From an uncultured Gammaproteobacteria bacterium (GTDB lineage: Bacteria > Pseudomonadota > Gammaproteobacteria > Competibacterales > JAHEDQ01), in contig CAWAOU010000018.1 of NCBI GenBank assembly GCA_963783675.1, forward strand, positions 114,627-178,626: a stretch of DNA of 64,000 nucleotides, written 5' to 3'. Positions 56,901 to 64,000 of the stretch are shown piece after piece. A program made the translations under genes and the position numbers. A model generated the notes under the pieces. The model made no database searches. It was not told where the DNA came from and was given only the letters and a program-made list of their open reading frames with translations. Within the stretch, counting starts at the first letter, position 1. Each line of letters begins with the position of its first letter.

Positions 56901-57984
56901 CCCTGCGACCAAGACCCAACCCTGGCCCGTGTTCGAGTTACCCACATCAACGGCGGCCTGGTCATTGCTGTTCTTCGCCATGATGGTGGTCACACTCGCG
57001 TTCCCGATCATCGTCGATCGTTACCAGGCGACGGGCCCCAACTTGGTCGATGCTTCGCAATGGCGGAATCACAATCGCGCCACTGTCCAGTATTTGCCCA
57101 CCGGTGCTTTGATCGTTCAGAACAACGACCGCAGCACCACCCGCGGTGTGTACCAGACCGTCCCGGTACCGGGAAAGTGTGAGCTGATTCGGCTGAGCGG
57201 GACGCTGAGTTCACAAGACATCGTGGCGGGACCAAGGCCCTGGCACCAGGGACGCATGATGCTGGGATTCGAAACCCAGCAACGCCCCCGACGCGGTCCC
57301 CTGTACGTGGCAGCGAGCCTATCCGGAACGCAACCCTGGCAATCCTTCCAATTGATCCGACCTTGCCCTCACGGTAAAACGGATCGAATCAGCGTTCGAC
57401 TGGAGCTGACCCGTGTTCCAGGCCAGGTTGCGGCCCGCGATGTCCGGCTCGAACGTGTGGAACAACAAAATCGCTTCCTGATCGTCCGCTGGCTGTTGGC
57501 GGGTCTTTGGCTGCTCGCACTGTCCGGACTGACCCTCAATCTGTTTAAGGGCCATCGAGGCTGGACACTGGGTTGGCTGCTGGGTATCGGGACCCTGATT
57601 TGTATCGGCGTGCTGTTACCGAAACCGATCAGCAACCAAGTGTTGGATGTGATCATCGGCAGCCGCTCCTATGCCCGGACAGAACTTTGGTCGAATGGCT
57701 TACCAGCGCATTTCCTGCTGTTCACGGCCCTGGGCTTCGCCATTCGCCGGCACTGGCCCATGACCAGCCCGTGGATCATGAGCGGACTGCTTGTTCAGTT
57801 GGCGATCGGCGCGGAGATACTGCAAATCCTGGTTTTGGACCGAGAAACCGGTGTGATGGATGCGGCCGCCAATGTTCTGGGTGTGCTGCTGGGTTCCAGC
57901 GTTGCATGGGGTTTCAATCGGCTCGGCCGAGGCCAGCGCCAGTGTGAGAGCAAGCGCACCCCTGAAGACAGCGCCGGTCCATGA
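56848..57984 (+). CDS. VanZ-like membrane protein with N-terminal extracytoplasmic domain
   Basis: The C-terminal 4-TM region resembles the VanZ family (LLFTALGFAIRR...GAEILQILVLDRETGVMDAAANVLGVLLG). Start is uncertain: GTG 56848, or the downstream GTGs at 56893 or 56929. Confidence 0.5.
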   Translation: MNRSSISTTRKNGTPVFDPATKTQPWPVFELPTSTAAWSLLFFAMMVVTLAFPIIVDRYQATGPNLVDASQWRNHNRATVQYLPTGALIVQNNDRSTTRGVYQTVPVPGKCELIRLSGTLSSQDIVAGPRPWHQGRMMLGFETQQRPRRGPLYVAASLSGTQPWQSFQLIRPCPHGKTDRISVRLELTRVPGQVAARDVRLERVEQQNRFLIVRWLLAGLWLLALSGLTLNLFKGHRGWTLGWLLGIGTLICIGVLLPKPISNQVLDVIIGSRSYARTELWSNGLPAHFLLFTALGFAIRRHWPMTSPWIMSGLLVQLAIGAEILQILVLDRETGVMDAAANVLGVLLGSSVAWGFNRLGRGQRQCESKRTPEDSAGP

Positions 57985-59003
57985 GGCCTCACCTTTGGGT
58001 CACCCTTTCCGGGCACGGATTTGGGCATTTGGCCCAGACGGCACCGGTGATCAATCAATTGTTCCGGCGCATGCCTGAGTTGCGGGTCACAATCCAAAGC
58101 ACGTTGCCACAACCCAAGCTGAAGGAACGCATCGAAGCGCCGTTTGAGTACATAGATGAGCTGGACGATCTGGGCATGGCGATGGTCGATCCATTCGAAG
58201 TGGATTTGGGTGCAAGCGTCGCCGCCTACACGGTGCAGTTGTCAGAGTGGCCACAACGCCTTGCCAGGCAACGTGCGCTGTTGGCCCGATCCACCCCACA
58301 ACTGTTGCTCTCCAATGTTTCACATCTGGCCATTGCCGCCGCTGCCGCAAACGGCATTTCCACGGTCGCTCTTTGTTCATTGAATTGGGCCGACATTCTG
58401 GAGGGCTGCCTGGCTCACCAGCCTATGCCGGAACTCGTGAAACCTTTACGGGCAGCGTATCGCCAAGCCGAAACCTTCCTGGCACCCACGCCGTGCATGC
58501 CCATGACGGGACTGGACCGGCTCGTTTCCATCGGTCCCATTGCGGCTTTGGGGACAAACCGGCGCCGTGAAATCGTTCATGCCCTGGGGCTGCCGGCGCA
58601 TCAGCGACTGGTCCTGGTCACTCTGGGCGGGATCCATGGCCGGCTACCGATGGAGCGTTGGCCACGGACCCCCGGTATCACTTGGCTGGTGCCCACATCA
58701 TGGCGAACCAATCACCCGGACGCCTTGGCCTGGGAGTCCCTGGGTCTCGGTTTTCTCGATGGGCTGTCCAGCTGCGATGCGCTGCTGACCAAACCCGGGT
58801 ACGGCAGCTTCGTAGAGGCGGCTTGCGCGGGCGTCCCGGTGGCCTATGTCGCGCGCCCTCGTTGGCCTGAGGCACCGGCTCTTGTGCAATGGCTGCAAGC
58901 GGTGGCAGCTGCGCGCGAGGTCCGAGCAGAATTACTGAATTCTGGCAATCTCTTGCCCACTCTGGACATGCTCTGGAGCAGCACCAAACGACCCGCCGGT
59001 TGA
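57981..59003 (+). CDS. Putative GT-B fold glycosyltransferase
   Basis: 340 aa. N-terminal LSGHGFGHLAQT and C-terminal LLTKPGYGSFVEAACAGVP resemble GT1/GT28-type nucleotide-sugar transferases. 4-nt overlap with the upstream gene. Confidence 0.5.
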   Translation: MRPHLWVTLSGHGFGHLAQTAPVINQLFRRMPELRVTIQSTLPQPKLKERIEAPFEYIDELDDLGMAMVDPFEVDLGASVAAYTVQLSEWPQRLARQRALLARSTPQLLLSNVSHLAIAAAAANGISTVALCSLNWADILEGCLAHQPMPELVKPLRAAYRQAETFLAPTPCMPMTGLDRLVSIGPIAALGTNRRREIVHALGLPAHQRLVLVTLGGIHGRLPMERWPRTPGITWLVPTSWRTNHPDALAWESLGLGFLDGLSSCDALLTKPGYGSFVEAACAGVPVAYVARPRWPEAPALVQWLQAVAAAREVRAELLNSGNLLPTLDMLWSSTKRPAG

Positions 59004-59956
59004 TCCTTGCGGCGTGGAGCAGGCGGTCGACCACCTCGCGGCCCGATTGGACTGAGCGGTCACAATCCGCGCCCAGCGTGAGGCGTCGGACCATAGCCGC
59101 CTCTTCTTTGCCACCACAATCCTTTGTATGATGTCGCGGGGAAAGAGAATACTCGACCACGCACATCGCCGAACATGGAATGGCGGTGGCATGGAAAGCA
59201 ACACGACGCCAGACGTTGCGTGGAATCGAGGCTTGGGGAAACTGTGATTGGAAGTCTCGTTCCGGGAGCAGGTCTTGGAAGGATCTGTGCCCTGTCGTGC
59301 GCCTGTCTGCTGTCTAAGCCAGTGGCGCCCTTGGCCGGCATTCGGCGAATCAGCGTCGACAAAGGCGTGGGTTCGTATCGCGCTTTTACCGGCAATCCGG
59401 CAGCCGGAGACCAAAACGGCTTACCCGATGTTTCCGTCCGCAACCACAGTGTTGGGGCGGTACTGACAGCGCATCGCGACCTTCCGGCATGGCGCAGCCG
59501 CCTCTATCAAGTCCAGGATGTGGCCCGGACTCCAAGAGCTGAAACCCCAACCCCACAAACCGCCTGCGACGACTCTACAATCCGGCTACGTTCCAAAATT
59601 GCCCAGCGCGGGCTTGATCGCACGAACCCACTGAACCATCAGAACCTGGGCACGTGTCATCTGTGCTCGTTCGCCAGGTTGAACGATCCCCACACGCCTG
59701 CGTCAATCGACCTATATCCAGGATCTGCCTCTCATTGCGCCCATGGGCCGCACAGCGGATGCGCCGTTCTGCAGGCACAGAAGCGACGCCCGAGGCGTAG
59801 CCATGCATCGTGGGAGAATACGATACGCAGACCGGGAGGGCCCGTGCGCCCGGGACAGTGGGCACACCTTCGATTCGATACTGCTCTGCGAACTTTGGCC
59901 GGTTTGCGCAGGTCTGTCGATACACCACTCGCAGCCTTGTACTGAGGAGCTAGGGC

Positions 59957-60961
59957 ATGAACTTTCGAAGTCTCGGCCAAAGTGGCCTTCGGGTTTCCCC
60001 TCTTTGCCTGGGCACCATGATGTTCGGCGGCCCGACGGATGAGGCCTGTGCCCGCGACATCGTGGCGGCAGCCGCCGCCGCCGGGGTCAATTTTATTGAT
60101 ACTGCTGATGTCTACAATGCGGGCCGTTCCGAACAAATCGTAGGTCGTGCGGTGGCGGGACGTCGGGATCACTGGATACTGGCGACCAAAGTGGCCAACG
60201 CCATGGGGGACGGCCCCCATCAGCGGGGACTCTCGCGCCGCTGGATCATGCAGGCGGTCGAAGACAGCCTTGCCCGGCTTGGAACCGACTACATCGACAT
60301 CTACTACCTGCACAAGGAGGATTACGGCACGCCGCTGGAGGAAACCGTGCGGACCATGGCGGACCTGATACGCCAAGGCAAGATCCGCTATTTCGGCTTG
60401 TCCAACTTTCGTGGATGGCGGGTGGCGGCGGTGTGCGCATTGTGCGATCAGCTCGGTATTGCCCGCCCCGTGGTCAGCCAACCCTATTACAACGCTCTGA
60501 ATCGAATGCCCGAGGTTGAACACCTTCCGGCCTGCCGCCACTTCGGTCTGGGCGTCGTTCCCTACAGTCCGCTTGCCCGCGGCGTGCTTACGGCCAAGTA
60601 CGATGCCGATCGCCCCCCCGCCAAGGAGACCCGGGCAGGGCGGGCCGATCCCCGCATGATGGAAACCGAGTGGCGCCCGGAATCTCTGGCCATAGCTCGA
60701 ACTCTGGCGGCCCATGCCGAGCACAAGGGACACAGCCCGATCGGATTTGCGATCGGCTGGCTACTCTACAACCGGATCGTGACCTCAGTCCTGGCAGGAC
60801 CCAGGACCCTTGCACACTGGGAGGGTTATGTCGCCGCACTGAGCTACCCGTTCGATGCCGATGATGAAACCCTGCTGAATTCCATCGTCCCAGCAGGTCA
60901 TCCTTCCAGCTCTGGCTACAGCGACCCGGCCTATCCCATAGAGGGTCGTGAGGTCGGCTGA
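59957..60961 (+). CDS. Aldo/keto reductase (Tas/YajO-like)
   Basis: MNFRSLGQSGLRVSPLCLGTMMFGG...INFIDTADVYNAGRSE...YYLHKED...RYFGLSNF: canonical AKR. Confidence 0.9.
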   Translation: MNFRSLGQSGLRVSPLCLGTMMFGGPTDEACARDIVAAAAAAGVNFIDTADVYNAGRSEQIVGRAVAGRRDHWILATKVANAMGDGPHQRGLSRRWIMQAVEDSLARLGTDYIDIYYLHKEDYGTPLEETVRTMADLIRQGKIRYFGLSNFRGWRVAAVCALCDQLGIARPVVSQPYYNALNRMPEVEHLPACRHFGLGVVPYSPLARGVLTAKYDADRPPAKETRAGRADPRMMETEWRPESLAIARTLAAHAEHKGHSPIGFAIGWLLYNRIVTSVLAGPRTLAHWEGYVAALSYPFDADDETLLNSIVPAGHPSSSGYSDPAYPIEGREVG

Positions 60962-61021
60962 TCCACCAGCTTTTCGCGTCAGACAAACCAAGATGCTGCG
61001 TCCAGAATAGTTCAGAGGCTC

Positions 61022-61558
61022 CTAAACCGCACCGATGTACTCTCCCCGGGCTGGATAATCGTTAGCGATGGCGAAATCAAGTGCCCCCACCAACTCGGCG
61101 AATACCGGACGGACGAAGGGCATGGTCTGAACCGATCCATAGTAGAGGGATTGATCGGGTTTCATGAGGAACACGCCAGGCTCGGAGAACAGGGCCGGCT
61201 CTTCGATACCGATGGATGTTACGCCCCGCGAGGTGGATATGTACAAGCCCCAGTCCCGCGCAACCTCCAACTGTAGATCGTAGCCGAACCGAAGATCCGG
61301 CGAGGCAACGTTGTCCGCCATTTGCTGCGCACGCTCGCGCCCGTCAGCGCTTACCGCGAGAACTTTGACACCACGCTCCGAGAATTTCGGCAGAAGCCGG
61401 GCCAGGTCCTTCAAGTATTTTGCGCAGACCGGACAATGCAAGCCCCGGTAAAACACGAGCATGGTGAACTGTTCGGCGCCATCAGCGGCGAGGTCAAACT
61501 CGCCGTGAGACAGCGTTTGAACGGTCAGACCCGGCGTTTTCTGGCGTGGCATCAGCAT
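61022..61558 (-). CDS. Peroxiredoxin-like (AhpC/TSA / redoxin family) protein
   Basis: 178 aa with a thioredoxin-fold CxxC-type site (FYRGLHCPVCAKYL). Confidence 0.7.
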   Translation of the reverse strand: MLMPRQKTPGLTVQTLSHGEFDLAADGAEQFTMLVFYRGLHCPVCAKYLKDLARLLPKFSERGVKVLAVSADGRERAQQMADNVASPDLRFGYDLQLEVARDWGLYISTSRGVTSIGIEEPALFSEPGVFLMKPDQSLYYGSVQTMPFVRPVFAELVGALDFAIANDYPARGEYIGAV

Positions 61559-61997
61559 TGGATAGTCCCCTGGGAGTCGATGTGGTGTCAGCAGCGTGTC
61601 GAAAAAGCCTCACTCGGCACGATACGGCGTTGAAAACGCCCTCACAATGCTCATTTGCTGAGTGTAGACTGTACTTTCTCCGTCGTTTTCGCCTTGCCTC
61701 GCACTCGACCGAGACTCTTTCAACGCGCTACTGGGCCAGCCTTCGAGTTCGGCGATTGAGTGCGAATCTACACGGTACGCAAAGATACTATGCGTCCGCA
61801 TTTGTTGACCTTAAGTCGGATCCATCGACGAAACCCTTGATCAACTGTCGGCACTGATCAAACGGTTCCACACCCATCCACAGGTCCACTTGATGGTATC
61901 CGCGGCGGCAACGATGCGGGATACATCCTCTCCACCTGGTGTGTTTCGGTGGCCGAAACTGAACTGGCCCGGGGCATACTGCTATAGACGGTGGCGC

Positions 61998-63050
61998 TCA
62001 GCTCACTGTGCGCAAAGCATCGATCTCCCCCGCCAACGAAGCCGGTATGCTAATCCCGTTTTGGAGCGTCTCGGCACGCACCGCGAAACGACGTTGCGAC
62101 GGAAGCCGGGTGCCCTCTTGTGCCAGAATTCGCTCAAACAGGGCCTCGGCGTGCTGCAACTGGTTCCCCGCGTCCTCATCGGCAATACAGCGACTGGGAT
62201 CGATCACGATCATGAACTCCCCACCCGGTGGTACACCGCTTTTATTTGTGTCCAGGGCCTGAGCCTCAAAGCTGAAGACGCTGCCGATCAGCGCGCCCGC
62301 CAGCAGTTCAACCATCAGGGCAATGGCCGCTCCTTTGTGCCCACCGAAGGGCAATTGCGCACCCTCAAGGGCCATGGCCGCATCGGTGGTGGGCGTGCCA
62401 TCGGGCCCGATCGCCCATCCTTCGGGAATCGGCTTGCCGTCCCGCAGGTGAAGCTGGATCTCACCTCGTGCACTGGCGCTTGACGCCTGATCGAACACCA
62501 TGGGCGGGTGACCGGCCCGAGGCCATCCGAAGGCCATCGGGTTGGTGCCGTAAAGAGGACGGGTTCCTCCAGCCGGCGCCACGAAACTGCTGGCACCCGT
62601 AAACGCGAACGCGACCAGACCCCATTCCGCCAACCGCTCGACTTCCGGCCAGAGCGCAGCGATGTGACAGACATTGGTCAGCGCCAATGCGGCAATGCCC
62701 TGAGACCGTGCACGTTCCGCGATGGGTTCGGCCCCCAACTTCAGGGCCAACGGCGCAAACCCCAATCCACCGTCGATCTTCAATACGCCCGGGGCCAGAT
62801 CGGTAAACGTTGGTACCGCGCGCGGCCGGACGATTCCGCCCCGTATGGCGCGTACGTAAAACGGGATTCGGAACAGCCCGTGGGATGCACATCGGTCGCG
62901 CTCCGCCGCGGTTATGGTCTCGGCGATGGCTTCGGCTTGCGGCTCCGAACAGCCTTGGACGCACAGCACCTCAAAGGCCGTTGCGTACACTTCTTCCAGC
63001 GTCATGGAAACGCCATCGCTCATGATCAAACTCCTGTGGATCAGCGCCAC
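61998..63050 (-). CDS. Ldh_2 family (malate/L-lactate/sulfolactate dehydrogenase type 2) oxidoreductase
   Basis: Family blocks (ERDRCASHGLFRIPFYV; NPMAFGWP; FGGHKGAAIALMVELLAGAL). The true start may be the internal ATG at 63023. Confidence 0.8.
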   Translation of the reverse strand: MALIHRSLIMSDGVSMTLEEVYATAFEVLCVQGCSEPQAEAIAETITAAERDRCASHGLFRIPFYVRAIRGGIVRPRAVPTFTDLAPGVLKIDGGLGFAPLALKLGAEPIAERARSQGIAALALTNVCHIAALWPEVERLAEWGLVAFAFTGASSFVAPAGGTRPLYGTNPMAFGWPRAGHPPMVFDQASSASARGEIQLHLRDGKPIPEGWAIGPDGTPTTDAAMALEGAQLPFGGHKGAAIALMVELLAGALIGSVFSFEAQALDTNKSGVPPGGEFMIVIDPSRCIADEDAGNQLQHAEALFERILAQEGTRLPSQRRFAVRAETLQNGISIPASLAGEIDALRTVS

Positions 63051-63313
63051 CCGGTCGCGCAGTCGGAAAATGGGACGTTGATGTTCGAACCGGTGCTGGA
63101 TCGCGCATGGGTCGACACCAGTTCAGCGTCCGTCTGGTTAGCTTAGGCAGTGCCGACCAACCGGGCAAACCAGCCGGAGGGATCTGAACCGCCGAACTCC
63201 CCGAAAACCGATTTGCGGCGTCTATACTTCAGTAGGGTAGCGTATAGCGACTCTCTGTCGGAACTCCGGCAAAAGGTTGCATGGGTCCACGATACAGAAC
63301 TGGGAGTTCAATA

Positions 63314-63913
63314 ATGGGTGACTGGCAGATAAGCGGCACATACGTTGAAGCATGCAATTGCGAGGCGGCCTGTCCCTGCATTTTTTTTTCGCCCCCCACC
63401 GAGGGGGAGTGCAAGGTCATTCTGGGCTGGCGAATCGAATCCGGTGACTATCGGGGTGTCGATGTCGCGGGTCTGAACACCGCGATGCTGGCCTATGCGC
63501 CTGGCAACATGAAAGACGGTAACTGGAAGGTTGCACTTTACCTGGATCAACGCGCCAGCGAGGCCCAGGCGGAGGGCCTGCAAGGTATATTTTCCGGCGC
63601 TGCGGGCGGCCACCTGGCCAGTTTGGGACCTTTGATCGGTGAGGTCATGGGGGCCCGGGCCGCGGACATTCGATTTGAGGGTGGAGGGAAACGCTTCAGT
63701 CTGTCGGTGGACGGCGCCGCTTCGGTCGAGATAGAAGCCATCGCGGGACAGGGCGGGGGCGCGGTCGACATCACGGGGCACCCCCTGGCGATTGCGCCCG
63801 GCCAGCCGGCTACGGTTGCCCGAAGCACCAGTCTAAGCATCGACGACCACGGTGTGCACTGCGAAATCGACGGCCGCAGCGGACTGTTCGCGCCATTTCA
63901 GTACCAGGGCTGA
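63314..63913 (+). CDS. DUF1326 domain protein
   Basis: N-terminal Cys motif EACNCEAACPC is typical of DUF1326. Start is taken at the ATG at 63314 (GGGAG upstream). Confidence 0.65.
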   Translation: MGDWQISGTYVEACNCEAACPCIFFSPPTEGECKVILGWRIESGDYRGVDVAGLNTAMLAYAPGNMKDGNWKVALYLDQRASEAQAEGLQGIFSGAAGGHLASLGPLIGEVMGARAADIRFEGGGKRFSLSVDGAASVEIEAIAGQGGGAVDITGHPLAIAPGQPATVARSTSLSIDDHGVHCEIDGRSGLFAPFQYQG

Positions 63914-63916
63914 GGC

Positions 63917-64000
63917 ATGGGCGCACTGCCGCTGCAGGCTCAGCGCCCGCTTGGTTTGATTGCCGGGATGCTGATCTGTACCGGGCTCGGCTGGTGGTTT
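63917..64000 (+). CDS. Probable DUF2182 integral membrane protein, 5' fragment (runs off window)
   Basis: ATG at 63917, 4 nt after the DUF1326 stop. Hydrophobic start MGALPLQAQRPLGLIAGMLICTGLGWWF. The DUF1326/DUF2182 pairing is common. Only 28 codons are visible. Confidence 0.4.
   Translation, partial: MGALPLQAQRPLGLIAGMLICTGLGWWF

Noticed and set aside
59395-59425. Sequence CCGGAGACCAAAACGGCTTACCCG, vaguely reminiscent of the RNase P RNA ACAGAACCCGGCTTA box
   Set aside because: None of the other universally conserved RNase P elements (for example GGAAAGTCCGGGC, GGTAAGGGTGAAA) is present in the surrounding sequence.
59860-59930. Possible thioredoxin-like remnant on the minus strand (…NRPKFAEQYRIEGVPTV…)
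   Set aside because: Only about 15 residues resemble the thioredoxin xxYxIxGVPT block. There is no CxxC at the proper distance and no extended alignment, so it could easily be chance.
1-64000. Search for tRNA, rRNA, CRISPR arrays, transposases, integrases, phage or defence-system genes
   Set aside because: I found no T-loop/acceptor patterns, no regularly spaced direct repeats and no recombinase- or nuclease-type ORFs by reading. The only repeats are the small IR elements reported. A by-eye scan can miss short RNAs.

Overview
High-GC (roughly 60-65%) bacterial chromosomal window with about 60 genes. Gene content points to a chemolithoautotrophic sulfur-oxidising gammaproteobacterium, possibly Ectothiorhodospiraceae or Thioalkalivibrio-like; this is inference from gene content only. 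Layout, left to right: (i) a housekeeping block with an edge-truncated acyl-CoA synthetase, an MscK-like channel, purL, and bamC-dapA / gcvR-bcp in E. coli-like synteny, then phoH-PIN, an AI-2E transporter and a LysR regulator. (ii) A gene-decay patch at 20.1-23.1 kb holding frameshifted srkA, a fatty-acid cis/trans-isomerase fragment, and a 5'-truncated CHASE-GGDEF gene carrying a 17/18-bp tandem duplication. (iii) An RND efflux pair, AKR and HDAC-like genes, and an IclR regulator. (iv) The centrepiece at about 32-48.4 kb, all on the minus strand: a tightly coupled tusA-dsrE3-hdrC1B1A-hyp-hdrC2B2-lbpA-dsrE-lbpA cluster. It is followed by a dedicated lipoate-assembly set (radical SAM LipS-type x2, sLpl(AB) ligase, LipT-like flavoprotein). 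It is extended by a FadL-type porin, an unknown ORF, a second LplA-like ligase and a degenerate receiver protein. This is the sulfur-oxidising heterodisulfide-reductase-like (sHdr)/lipoate-binding-protein system. The core has been described in a few organisms, but its mechanism is unresolved, and the extension genes here are not part of the canonical description as far as I know. (v) bepA and soxXYZA, with no soxB or soxCD in the window. (vi) A PHA locus with intact phaR and phaB, a decayed phaA, and a degenerate frameshifted phaC-like gene. (vii) Assorted redox genes and a DUF1326/DUF2182 pair at the right edge. A small MITE-like inverted-repeat family occurs at four intergenic loci. I saw no tRNA, rRNA, CRISPR array, transposase or integrase. 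Limits: all calls rest on reading the ORF translations and manual translation of selected stretches. Start codons are best guesses, and long antisense ORFs typical of GC-rich DNA were discarded. The several frameshifts could be real decay or assembly and sequencing errors; I cannot tell which from the sequence alone.
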